A stretch of 40,903 nucleotides of DNA from Chlorokybus atmophyticus (lineage: Eukaryota > Plantae > Mesostigma and Chlorokybus algae). Position numbers and translations under genes: made by a program. The notes beneath the pieces are model-generated. The model had not been told where the DNA came from. It made no database searches and worked only from the letters and a program-made list of their open reading frames with translations. Positions 12,271 through 24,921 of the stretch are shown here, piece by piece; position 1 is the stretch's first letter; each line of letters starts with the position of its first letter. Location: NCBI GenBank assembly GCA_009103225.1, contig RHPI01002533.1:1005758-1046660 (forward strand), given 5' to 3'.

Positions 12271-12306
12271 GGCTAGAATCAAGTTGCATGGTGCACAGGT
12301 AGTCTC

Positions 12307-12356
12307 GTGTAACTGAGCATGATCAGTGCAACTGCACTGATCATGCTCAGTTACAC
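12307..12356. repeat. Perfect 24-bp palindrome with 2-nt spacer between convergent genes
   Basis: gtgtaactgagcatgatcagtgca-ac-tgcactgatcatgctcagttacac, read directly. Confidence 0.97.
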
Positions 12357-12754
12357 CTCAATTTGGCTGCTATCCTGGAGCTCTTGGTGGAGCGCAAGTC
12401 ACACCAGCAGTACTAACTATGCATTCCTCCTTGTGGTGCAGGCAATGTCAGTTCACCATTGTTTTCATATTGTCCAGGAAAACGCATGACAAGCAGTTTC
12501 AGTCAGTCAGTTTGAACAGCTATGTGCTCGCTTTTACACAAGCAGCGGTACCCATGCACAACCATTCATGTGTCACACTTGCGGCCTTTGTTAATTCCAT
12601 GCAACAGGTAAAAGGTATGCACAACAGGTTAAAGCTACACAACAGCACGTGCCGAACAATTGCGCAGTTGAGCAGCAGCCAAGGTATACTGGTGAAGATG
12701 CAAGCCTCACCGCCAAGCACACTCGCAATCGATCCCAATGCATCAGGCAACTGC

Positions 12755-14268
12755 CTACGCGTTGAACTCGAGGACGCGACCCAGTAGCGGGCCAGTGTCT
12801 GAGTTCGAGGATGCGGGCGTCTTCAAGGCATCTTCAGGCGTTGAAAGAGCGAGGTCAGGCGGGGTTGGAGACGAAGGTGTACTTTGCAACCGCTGTTGCA
12901 ACAGCTTCTTCGTGATGTTGTGTCGCCGGAAGTGGCGCATGCGCCTGAGAGGAGCAGGAGGGACCCTTACGCTGCCCGAGTCACACTCGCTGCGTGTGTG
13001 GGAAAAGTTGCGTGAGCACAACATTACATGCAGTCAGTTGATTCAGTCATCACAGCTTGGGGAGTGTTATCGTGGAACTCTGTACCGGGTGGATGTATTA
13101 CCTTTCTGATATTGAAGCTGCCGGCAAGAGCGCTAGCGGTGATACGTCCTTGGGCTGTTGTGATTGCTGTTCTGTCCGCTGATCGTGCAGACGATGCTGG
13201 TGATGATGAGAATGGTGATGGTGATGATGGTGGTGGTCTCGGGCCGGCGTCAAGTAGTTGAAGTGCATGGCCATAGCTACGCAGGCCTGCACGGTATGGG
13301 CAGACTTGTGAGTTGGGAAAGTATACTGAGTTGTACACCACCACTGTAACAACGCGTCATATGCATACACACATAGCAGTTCACGTACTGCTTCGTGCAT
13401 CTGCCTGCATGTCACCAGGAGCGGAGCAAGCTCGTCGTGGTGGAGAAAGCACGTTATGCGCACCTGCAACCATCGACACCGTCAAAAAGAGTTCCCAATA
13501 CGGAAGTTTTTAAACCTCAGCAAGCAGCCTAGATCAGACATGCATGATATAGTGTATGCAATGACAGCAGCTGTGCAAAACGCAACTTACCAACAGCTCA
13601 GCAGGCAACGACAGCAGCAGGCAGCTTTCACTGTGTTTACTCCTCACATGCGTGTTGGTGGCCTCTTTCCCAAGCTCTGTTTCGGCATCATCTACTCTGC
13701 GGCTTCGTTTGCGTTGCGGGCAGGGATGACTGTCTCTGCCACTGCCACTTGCATTACCATCATCGCTACTGCTTGGAAGCAGCAGCGGGTCATACTGCTG
13801 AGCAGCATCATATGCTGCTACGCGCTTGCGCTTGGCGTGTGGCAGAGGAAGTGGGAACGGCAGTGGGAAAGGCGCCTCTCCTCCTGCACGCTGGAAGCGA
13901 GAAGCACTGAAGCGCAGCGCCGCAGGGTTGAAGTACTGCTTCAGCGCTCCAGGCCTGAGGTACAGCTTCACACGGCCCGCAGTGGAGTTGCTGCTGCTCG
14001 TGCCAGCTGTGACGGCAGGCGACGGCGATGGAAGCGGCGGCCGCAACGACGAGTACTGACCTGAGCCTGAGGTGTTCCTACCAGCGGCGGGCGTAGCCGC
14101 CTGCCAGCTGCCGCCTCCTGCCGGCGCCGACTTGGACCGTGCCAGGCCGGCGGAGGGCAGCAGCAGCGGAGGCGGCGGTGCAGCACCGGGCGTAGCGGTG
14201 GAAGCGTGAAGCTGGCTCATCCGGCCTGTGCCCATGGCCAAGCCCTCTAACCCAGCCGCCCCTACCAT
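12755..14268 (-). CDS. F-box protein, FBS/SKIP27-like
   Basis: Spliced LLLSLPAELL|VRITCFLHHDELAPLLVTCRQMHEA|ACVAMAMHFNYLTP resembles plant FBS F-box (LESLPQDVLVRILC...HFAYSTP); later RVPPAPLRR motif and end LGRVLEFNA TAG at 12757-12755. Start codon uncertain. Confidence 0.72.
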
Positions 14269-14865
14269 TGCGGCACCAGACCAGGCGCACCTCCCCTCAA
14301 TTGGCTAGAAACACCCCGCAGCAGACCCGGCGGCAGACACCAACCCGCAGCGCTCAAAACCGCCTACAACTATGCAGTCCACAACACTCCACACTCCGGC
14401 TGTACTTGTTGTACTCGTTCCCAAACGCTGTTCCCCACGCTCACCTGTCCACCAACGCCGCCGCCGCCCACACCGACAACAAGACTGTTATTAGGGTTGC
14501 ACAGTTTGAATTTTCAAATCGACTCGCCCCAAGAGAGGAAGCACGCCGATATTCTGGAAGCTTCCGCGCCGGAGTCCCGGATTTGCTCGCATCAACCGGA
14601 TGCAGTTTGATTTGCATTCATGGCGCTTTTCGAGGGTAACCGTTGTCAGCCGCAGCAGCATTTCCGAAGGGTTCAGGACTCCATTCGAGCCTTTGGACTT
14701 GTTGTGGGACCAGCCGCGCAGAGATATTTTTCCTTAACGGACGAGGATATCATTGTCAGCGCAGATGTCTTTCTGTCGATTGAGGTGGATGGCGGCAGCA
14801 ACAACCAAGGCAAGGTCTACGTGGACGACTGTGGTGACAGCTCCGCGGCGGTGACGGCGGTGGCG

Positions 14866-17055
14866 ATGGCGATGACGGCGACGTCAGCGTCTACGTCCGC
14901 CGCAACATGCTTCGCGGCTTCCTTGCCCGCCCGTCCCGCCAGGCACGGAGCAACGGCGCACGCACGGGCCCGCAGGCGACAGCGGCAGCAGGGTAAGCTT
15001 GCCATTGCTGCTGAGAATTGCGCACAATGCAGCAAGCTGCTGTGATTGACACAGCAGTTTGCTGCATTATGTATTTGCCATCTGTGGAAGTGTTGTTGCA
15101 CTCAAACGTAGCGTTACACATACAATTTTCCTGTAGTGACAAGTAAAATGCTGGGCATGTGGGTGGTAACAACCCTGCATGCCTGGTAGCAGTTAGGGCT
15201 TTGCTGGAGAGCAACGGGGGATTGGCGACGAAGACTGTCGCAGGGGAGAAGCATGCTGAGAACGGCGAGAGGTTTGCCACATCAACCACAACAACCCCAA
15301 GAGTTGCCACTAGGAAAAGCAGCAACACCTATGCAGCAAATGAGCCTTGTGCGTCCGGTCTTGTGACGGCGGTGCAGCGCGTGCGCAGCGACGCCGCCAT
15401 CCTTGCCAAAGGTGTTCGGGGCCTGGACGCTTGCATCCGCGCTGAGTACATGCACCTTGCCAGGTACATTGTCATCACACACTGCTCGCCTAGAATTGCA
15501 GGTCCTCGTGGTTTCAGCAGCACTGCATTGCTTTCCGTGACATGTTAATTGCTTGTTGCTTGTCCTGCGGACCCAAGTGCAGTCATTGTTTTCCGTGGAG
15601 CAGCAGAACTGCAGTTCGCATATGTCTGCATGACGGGCCGCATTGTCAAAACACAGCATCAGCTTGTTGCCCCAAGGGTTGTAATTGGCGTTTGCTTAGC
15701 AGGATTTGATAGTGTAAGCTGAGCAGCAACTTGTTGTGGTGATGTTGTGCAGCGAGTTGCTGCGTCTGGATCATCGAGCACGGGAGGATACACTCAAAGT
15801 TGACGCTCGCGCTCGTCATGACACGCTAAGGCTGCGCTACATTGCGTTGGTGAGTGGTCGCAACTGCAATTGTAACATGCACACTCGCACGCATGCACGC
15901 GGGCACGCACTTGCTTCAACATCGTGTTTTCTGCGCGCAGGGGTTGACTGAGACTGCACAGTTGGGGCTTGGGCAGGCAGCAGCGGAGCATTGGAACAAT
16001 GGGGCATTAGAGGTAAGAATAGGAAAAATCTTGAGTAGTTGATAATTGTATTACGCATTGGAAACAGAACTGTCATAAGTGATGCGATGTCGGAACTAAA
16101 ACATGAAACATTGGCATAAAATGTGGCCGGAAAACATGGTTATGCCAAGCTTTTACTCAGCTGCTTCACGTTGGATGCGTGCAATACTCTGAGCGCAATT
16201 TTGCAGGCTGATTTGCGGTTGGCGGATGTCAGGGCCCGCAGGCGAGCAATGGAGGATGCATACACGGCAGTGCAGGTTTGAGTAACAGCATATAACAAGA
16301 AACAAGCAGGAGTAGCAGCAAGGTGCTTGCGCTTGCGCTTTCTCTTGCTGGAGTGACATACTCCTGTCTGCAGTCTATCCGGCAAGTTCACCAAGCAATG
16401 GTTGAGTTGGTAAGAGTGCGGGCGAAGAGTCTGGTAGAGGAGCTATGGCGAGCAACAGCCACACACGCAGCCATCATCAATAGTTCTCAACGACCCGCAC
16501 GGCCGCGAGTTGGTGAGGGGGTGGCCGCAGCGTCCCCAACAGATATTGAGTCTGCTTGGCAGCACATGCTCGCGGCCGTGTCAGTAGCGGACAGCTACGA
16601 TGCCAGCAACACGTCGTTCGACACAGAAGAGATTGAGCTGGTGCTGGCTGCATTGATGGACTTGGGCGCTGTGGACAGTGCACGCGGAGCGGTGAGAGCG
16701 AGTTGCATTGTCTAGCTCAGTGCAATTGGTGGTATGCATGCATGCTCGCTTGTGCGCGTGTGTATGTGTGCGTTGGGAAGACATAGTCTGGTACTGCATG
16801 AGTGACATTATCACTCTTGATCAGGTGTTGGTGTCGGAGTGTGCCAAGTCACCGGATGCTGTCACGCGCAGGGTGTTAGCGGAGGCGTTGGGTTCCGCCC
16901 CCTCTCCAGCCGTGTTGGGCAACATCGGCGTTGCCACACTGCAGCGGCTCGCAGAGGATCCCGACCAGCTCGTCTCGAGCACGGCTGCCGCGGCGCTCGA
17001 GCGGTTCCGTCAGTGGTATGCCAACCCTGGTGATGGGTTGACATTCAACCTGTAG
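14866..17055 (+). CDS. Senescence-associated chloroplast protein AAF/OSA15-like
   Basis: Ala/Ser/Thr/Arg-rich transit-peptide-like N-terminus; RVRSDAAILAKG, LLRLDHRAREDT, LAEALGSAPSPAVLGNIGVATLQRLAEDPDQLVSSTAAAAL match the AAF C-terminus (LANALATAPSMWTLGNAGMGALQRLAEDSNP). An upstream in-frame ATG exists at 14620. Confidence 0.82.
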
Positions 17056-19440
17056 CAATGTTGGATGGCGTGCTGGCCTGTGTAGAGGTAGTGAGGGCGT
17101 TGGGGGGCAGCGGATTGAGTGAGCAACTGCTTGTGCGCTTGCTACAACCATGTATATAAGCTACAGTTTAGTATGAATAAGGTAGTGTTGTGCTGCAGTG
17201 AAGTCAAGTTCCCAATGTGGTGTGTGGATTTCTGCACGTGTACACAAAGCGTAGGCTACTATGCTACCGATGCTACCGCATGCATGGTGTGATAGTCGCA
17301 TGCAACAGCCAACACACGCTCAACACATCAACACAGGGGAGCAGTAGTGGTAGGGGTAGAGGTCGGCGTGGTAGATGGCACGTGCATGGTTGAGCCCAGT
17401 AATCGAGTTGGTGAGTAGTTGTGCTGCTGTTAGCTTGCATGTGAACATGGTATTTGTGACCTTGCATGAACAAAATCCCCATTCCTTCTTTTATACATTG
17501 GCAGTGTACAACCATCATCGGGTTGATATACACTACATCCTTGACTATCACATTGCTACTATCTAGCCTACCCTGTCAAACATGCATGCACACGTGATGC
17601 GTCGCATTTTCCTGCCCATAGTGTGTGGTGTGCGTGCAGATGTACATGGCAATGTGACACTACAACATACGTGTTTAATAAGACTTTCACCATAAGGCAG
17701 CTGTTTATTGTTGGCTACAACATATCTCTGCTTCACATGCCATGTATATGTGTACATGCTGTAGTAGTTCGTAAAGATGTTAAATTTATGTACAGAGCTT
17801 TGGTACAAGTTAGTCTACGCCCTCAAAGAGAACAGTTTATTGTTCATTTGTTTATGCTCTTTAAATGGTTGATCTACTGGTGTTTGAGAGCATCAACATG
17901 CTATTGCCGCAAGTATGCCCATCGTCACACGCCCATGACGTCGCGCGCATCACACCATTGCGCTCGTTACGCTGCATCCGCGTCACACGTCGCCATCACG
18001 CCCTGTTCATCCGGCTCATCATGCCTTATGCCATACCCGTCACGCGCTATTCCTCTAACCTTGGGATATTGCTCACCAAAACTTGCAAAAATTACATGAC
18101 ATAAAAAAATGCTCTTCGCGGTTAAGCATACTCTCGTCAGCACCAACACCTAAATATTGGTGTCTATTTGTATGTATTTTTTCCGTAATCTCATATTGTT
18201 TGCTTTTAGCTGGGTTATTCTCCTGGAGCGAAGTCTTTAGCGAGCCCTCCTTAACCCGGGGTAGACCGTACAATGTCACAACAACACTTTAAAGGCACCA
18301 GCTGTTTCGCTCTCATGTCCATGCTCGTACTTGCATGATACCTCCGCATCAACCAATAAACCAACAGCAACTGCAAGAAATTAAAAATGTGTATGTAACC
18401 ACTACACGCGCATAACACTGCATGAGTCATGCTATCTTAGTGCGCAAATTGCTGCCTATCACCTGACCCACACACATCACACGGTGTCAAGCGTGTACAC
18501 ATGCCCTCACCATCATCTCAACCCCAACCCTAACCCATCTATGCGAGCACCGCGTCCACCTCAATTGTCGGGGGCCCTTAAGCTACCGGCCCTTGCTCAG
18601 GCACTGCCGAACCTGCAGCTCCTCGCCTTATGATGGCCATCGCCCTCGCCCGCTGCAATGTGCAAAATGCGCGATGTCTGCAGATGCATGCACGAACCGC
18701 ATTGATAGCACCACTCATCACCACACTCGCAGTAAGTTGAGGGCCTCACTAGCGGCTAGTGAGGCTCTCAACTGTGCCTTGCTTAATGCAAGCCACAATA
18801 GCTATATATATTGCAATGTTACCTTCAAGGCAGTTAGGCCAGCAGCTGCTAGCCCCAGATACGCGCATTGAAGTTTTAAAGTTACCGCTATATTGTAGTG
18901 TTGCTGGCCCAGCCTGACACGCACTTTACTGCCCACCTAATACAGAGTTGGAAGCGGCTCCAGCGTAGGTGATCGCTGTCCGGTTACTAGCATTGCCGTG
19001 TCGTGTGTGTAATTATTAGTGTGTATGGAGATTGTGGCGCAGTGAAGCATTACCGTACATTGCATTATAGTAGATATGCTGCCTGCAGTTGCAGCGCATA
19101 AGCCAACTGATGCCGGAAGATATAAAAGAAGCTAGACAGCCTGCTCATATCCAATCTCAGATTGCAGCCAGCACACAACTGTTACACATTTTTGGAAGGG
19201 AAAGCGTGCCAAAGTGCCAGATGTTGCAAGTTGACAAACGCTTTGCCGCAAGCGGTCTGGCTGGTCACGATACCCAAGGCAATGCGCACTAAGTGACTTT
19301 ACCAAAATTGTTGGATTGTTGCAGTGGCCTATATATGGTGTAGATCATGATATGTCATGCACGAACATGCGTACTTGTGGCACAGGCAATGATGCATAGC
19401 AGGGCAAGCAAAGCATGCACAACAAGCCGCGGCAGTTATT

Positions 19441-19550
19441 ATTACACCCGGGGCCACCTATTTGCTACCTTGAGTGCTGCTATGTGCGATGCAATGGCAA
19501 TGCGGCAGGCAGTTGGCAGCAGGTAGCACTGGCTCAACCAACGTGAAGCG
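19441..19550 (+). repeat. Degenerate ~105-110 bp direct repeat, copy 1
   Basis: Shares ordered blocks attacacccggggcca, tatgtgc(g/a)atgcaatg, gcaggca, gcagcaggta, tcaaccaac with 20087-20190. Confidence 0.8.
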
Positions 19551-20086
19551 CACACAAGTCGCCACGGTTAGCCCTTGAGTCGGCAGATACATGAACATCA
19601 AGCAGCAGCGGGTAGGCGTGATGTGGTATGTGGTGTACTCTATGCCGCCCGCCCCTTTCCTGCCACTCTCCCAACCTCATAGTGTTCTGACGGCGGTGCT
19701 TAGAGTTTGATGTCGCGCGCTTGGCAGAGTCCGCCGCCTCAGCGTAGTAGTTAGTCTGTTGCTCGTGTTCGTAATATGCTCTGCCATCCTCGGCTTGACA
19801 TCATCCAGTCTTGCGACATGGCTAGCGTTGTTGCTCCTTCAGCACTATGTATATGCAACTATATGCTCTACATGCATGACCGCTCGGAAAAACTTCATAG
19901 ACTTTATACAGCGGGTGGTAGGTGGAGTTTGTGAGCTATTCCCCCTAATCAAATTTTGTTCTAATTGCTTGTGCCTAGTGTTGCACAGGGTATGAGTCAT
20001 ATTGCAAACATGCAGTCAGTTTGTGCACACACACACACATGAACTACCAATGCAACTCAAGCGAACCAGCACAGCGCCACACTTAC

Positions 20087-20190
20087 ATTACACCCGGGGC
20101 CATCACACTATCCTATTCTAAATGACATATGTGCAATGCAATGCCGTGAAGCAGGCAATAGCAGCAGGTAACATCAACCAACCTGAGTGC
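20087..20190 (+). repeat. Degenerate ~105-110 bp direct repeat, copy 2
   Basis: Same ordered blocks as 19441-19550. Confidence 0.8.
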
Positions 20191-20948
20191 ATAAGTGCTG
20201 CATTTGTTGTGCTGTTGTGTATTAGCTAGATAGTTTGCATAGGATATGCATCGTAGTCATCCCACAAACATGTGCATGTCTCTCATACCGTATAGACAGA
20301 CAGCATACCAGCATAGCATTCCATAAGCTAATGCACACTACATCTCAAGCAGAAACATGATACATCATGCTGAAACATATGTGCTCGACTATTGCATGCA
20401 CGCAACAGCGTCTGTGATTTCCTGTACGATCCATTCGATGTGTATGCACACTCAACCTGGTGAGTTCCGTGTTGCTAATCCTGATGTTGGAGCTCAAGGT
20501 GCATACGTATTGCTGTACGATCGCACCAAGCAACCATCAGACTAAGGATGTGACTACCTCTGCAAAACAAGAGCTAACGCCAACCAGACGATTCGAGCTA
20601 CACTTTTGAAGAAATCAGGAGCAAACAGGGCAACAAGATTGCAGGATGGAGGTTAGCTAAAGGTGGAGTGGCAGCGGTTGCAAGCTACACGGCAGCAGAA
20701 GTGTGAGAACGAGACATTTATTCAGGTGAACTACCTATACACTGCGCAGAGCGCAAGTAGCAGTAATCACCAGCCACGCTGGAACGTAGTACTAAAATAG
20801 ATAGTACATACATATACAGTACGTACATCGCGCACCAACTCGTTGGTGCGCTATACTCAACTCCATCCCGCTTCGTATCCTCCCCCTGGAAAAAACTCTA
20901 TGTATCCCAGCCTTAGACCCATCCCCACCCACGTGCTCACGCGCAGTC

Positions 20949-23300
20949 TTATATGGCGACCTGCAGCCACCCATTGGCTGCAGCTTCGAGCGATTGTCGC
21001 TTAATGCGTGCGGGGCTGTGAAGCATGAATTGGTTGAAGTGGGGTCGCAGGGGTTCGGCGATCTCGAGGTCCGCAAAGTGCCGCGCCATCGCGCGCACAT
21101 ACACCAGCGCGGCATTGCGCTCCAGCGGCGATCGGAAACCAAGCATCACCGATCGACGATCGCTAATGGTGAAGTACAATATGCGCGCGGCCTGTGTTGA
21201 CCCATGCCGCGAACCCACCGCCTGCAACCACCGTTGACTATGAGATAGTGTTGTTGCGTGCACGCACTGATGCACACACCTGGACGACAGTAGTGATTGC
21301 ACCGCGCAAGCACACGCGCGCACACACAATGCATGCACATGCACAAAAGAAAGTGCTCGCATGCACACATGTGCGCACGGACATGCGCGTGAACGCTTGT
21401 GGTTATTCACTGTACCAGCATGCCAGAGTGGTACGGTTCTTGAAGGACAACCTTGCCGCCTGATACCAGCCTCACGCCGGAGGCAAGTATTTGCAGCTCA
21501 TACGTCTGCGGGTTTGGAATCGCCTGACCGTTCTTCCACAGCAGCTCCGCCTCAAATGTGTGACCCCTCGGCTGCATTGACAGCTCCGCCAGCAGAGCTT
21601 GCAACTCACTTGAGATCTGCAGGCACACGAACCCACTTGATACCCACACCCACGCAACAACATACCACGCACACGCACACATACTAAAAGGAACAGCATT
21701 GCGAGTGATCAAGGCTCAGCATGTAAGTTGTGTGATGTGTGTGTACCTGCACGGGCTCGCGAAATCGGATGGCGTACGTCTCGCCGCTGGGGGGGGTTAG
21801 GTCGCACCGGATCAAGTGACCCACATCATTTGCTTCGAGTGCATACACGGGGCTGTCGGCGCCGTCCAGCACCTGTGCACAAACTTTGTATCAGCAAGGT
21901 CGAGCACAATACAACATGTCCATGTTGTGTCGTGTGATGGTGCTTTCAGTACATGAGTCAAATTGCCACCCAACAGCATGCAGCAGTAGCCTGCATCTGC
22001 TCTTGACAAGACAATATGTGCCAAGCACACTCATTTTCCTGCCTATGCAAGATTCAACGATTACTGACAAGGTCATGCTTCCAACCGCAGCTACACACTC
22101 TTCACACTGCCACTTGTGGTGGTATCCCACAGTCGCAAGGTGCATTGTTTGTAATATTACCTGCACTATGCCGGATGGCAACACGCGCGACCACTGCATG
22201 GCCCACCCGTCGAGCGGGCCGCTTGCAGACATGGACAGCGTGCTTCCCAGCTCAAGCCGACCCGTGTCCGACGTCACCGCTATCTGCAGCTCTTGCACCT
22301 GTGCGTGAACAACCACAGGGTGTTCACTTGCTGCCTAAAGAGCGCAAGCATGCATGTAGTTTGAGCTTGACTGAATGTGTCTGTCAAGACTGTGTATACA
22401 GAACATGCAACTGCATGCGCAAATGCAGGCTGTGTGCATATGGAACGACGACATGCAAGCAGCTCCAGATTTCACGTGAAATGTGCAGCCCGACCGAACT
22501 TCACAGCTCAAGTGCAAACGAGTCTATAGCTGCAAACAGTCTTGCTCTCTCTCACCTGAGGGGGCAGTTCCGTTGGTTGTGAGGTGTACGACGAGGCCGG
22601 CTGTTTATGCAGGGCAGAAATCCGATACGACACGAAGCACGTGGTCTTCTCATCCTCGACCTTCCCACTTTCCCTCTTCTCCTCAAACTACATAAAACAG
22701 CAAGACACTCAACATGTCAAACAACCCCATGCAAACGCCCACATTGACCCAAATTGGTTGCACACACCTGCATGCAAGCAAAGAAAGCAGCCTTTCCCTA
22801 GCTTTCCCTGCCTCTCACCTTGTCGAACTCCAAAGACGTTTTTTGTGGCAGCTTGTGCTGCAGGTGTTGCTTCGCCGGGGAAGGGTACTGCTGGTCCTTC
22901 CTCGCCTCCGGCGTAGTGTCGTCGCTGCTGCTGGCGTCGTCAAGGTCTCGAGGTACGCAGTGAAAGCCGCCTGGCGAGGAGAGCAAGAGAGGGAAGAGTG
23001 TGTTAAAAAGACAATGCAATGCCATGTTGTACACACAGATGCCGTGCAGCTCGCAGAATTTACCACAGGCTGCTGTGCCGTCATTCAGTGCGAAAACGAG
23101 GGAAGCAAGCTGAACACGAGCATAACAACAAGTTTCTGGCTTGAACCACGAGAAGGCCAACCAACACAGTGCACAGCAGTCAAGTAAGCTGACAGCCAAC
23201 AGGTCAGCTCAGTAGTAGTACCGCAAGCCAGCATTGACAAGCAGCGCACTACCCTTGCAAAGCGCAACTCACCGCCGAAGCAGCTTGGTAAGCGGCCCAT
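20949..23300 (-). CDS. SCAB-like protein (Ig-like domain plus PH domain) with short N-terminus
   Basis: Phase-consistent exons from ATG 23300 (donor GTGAGT at 23272). LELGSTL...MQWSRV, LDGADSPVYALEANDVGHLIRCDL and SVMLGFRSPLERNAALVYVRAMA match SCAB motifs (ISGATKSVYAPEPFDVGRVLHAD; FVIAFESERERNAAIMLARRFA). The 3' end is uncertain. Confidence 0.75.
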
Positions 23301-24921
23301 GGCTAGCTGCCTGCAACTCTCACAATCCCCACAAGTCCACCCTCACCAACTGCAACCTCTTCAACTACCCACACGCAAGCGACTAGAAATCCCGTAAGCT
23401 TATGCGGGAGCTAGCGGTCTCTCTTCACGGCGAGAAGCAAGCCTCGACTTGCACGTCGTTCGCCGCCGCCTCGTCCTCCTCCTTCTCCGCGCCGCCCACC
23501 ACTGTTTACGCTCCAAACTCAGTAAAGGATGACAGCAGCAGATGATGATCAGCAGAGGAAGCACACCCTGGGCATACCACTTTAGCCCTTAAAAGGAGTG
23601 CAAAGTAACACGGCACAAAAAGGCTTCGCCTAGTGTCAATGTCTATTGACCGTCACACTTTCAGCTCAGCTGTGAAGCGGGAACTAACTTTTCCACCCGC
23701 AACGCCCCTAACCGACTTTGGTTTTGTCCCCACGCTGATTGACGCAGCCGTCGTCGCCGCGAAGCTGTGTTGACGAGGAATCGTAACCGTCGTTGCGACG
23801 GGCGGAGCTGCAGAGGCGGAAAAGCGGGCGGTCGTGTGCGGAGCTGTTATGCTACCCGCCAAAAACAGTCAATGGCCTGTAACAGCATCGATGCTAGTAG
23901 CACGCCATGATCACGCTGATGATTGCCCCGTCTGCTATGTCCACGTCACTTCGCGCCGCCTTGGAGCGTCATCTCGCGCGGTGGTATCCGCCCCGTCTCT
24001 ATCACCTTCGCCGTACAGATGGGGACAGTGGCGGGCAGCTACAACTGCAAGAGTGGAGCGCTGCGTGATGTCACTGTCAGTGACGCGCAGGTCAAGAATG
24101 GGGTGTGAATCAGGGTTGCATTGTGTTGCACACTGCGGACCGAGGAAAGCCTCCGTGACAGGGTGTGCAGTACAGAGTGTACTGAATGTTGACTGCGTAC
24201 AAATCTGTGTCGTTTACTCTGTGGTGCACACGTGGACAGACCCTGTCTGCTCTACGGCACTCCTACATGAACTGCTAACCTGTAGCCCCTCGTCCTCTTC
24301 ATGAAAAGGTCAGTTGGCCACAGGATCGTCCTTATGATATTCTGCCAATGCATGTCGCCGAGCTATGGCCCTTCGCTGGTACCGTAAGTTAGTGGTCACA
24401 TCACATAATCAGCTCATGCATTGTGCATAATGCATATAATCTTGTGGTCCCTGGGCCACTGCATTGCGTTGGTGTTCACGCATAAATCGGCCTTGTCCAC
24501 GAGTTGCGCCGCGGGAACCCAGGGCCTGCTGAGCAGGCACAGCCTGGAATATAATGTTGCATAGAGAGTCACGCCGCAATGGCCCTGTTACCCTGAAGGA
24601 TGTGCAAGTTTGTGAGAAATCTAAAACCGGTACATCCATGCACGATCTGTGTGAAACCCGGCTTGTGGGGTCTCAACTTGACACTCAAGCCGTGCGCTGC
24701 CAGTGACGCAATCATAGGAGCGGGAGACTTCTGCCAGGTGTCGGCTAGCGGGCCCGAACAGCAGGCTGTTTCTGCTACAACAGATAGGTCAATGGCTCGC
24801 AACTTGCGTCTTCCCAAGTTGGCCTTGTCATCAGTCAGACTGGTGGGCCATGACTCATGGCAAACAAAGTCGTGAGACATGTACGACGTCCCTTAACGTC
24901 TTAGGCTTGCAGACTTGCATA

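Noticed and set aside
13287-13388. In-frame stop-free introns (F-box 102 nt; also a ~90-nt RlmN intron near 11893-11980) suggesting regulated retention
   Set aside because: With about 60 short introns in the window, a few stop-free 3n introns are expected by chance.
18073-18279. ORF with EEHFFMSCNFCKFW resembling the zinc-binding C-terminus of non-LTR retrotransposons
   Set aside because: No reverse transcriptase or endonuclease motifs nearby; too short to support.
18522-18536. caaccctaaccc as a telomere repeat or telomerase RNA template
   Set aside because: Under two repeat units in a C-rich tract, with no supporting promoter or structure.
20357-20545. Short ORF ending AQGAYVLLYDR, resembling the last motif of ubiquitin-specific proteases
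   Set aside because: No Cys box, His box or upstream exons found; plausible chance match among about 200 short ORFs.
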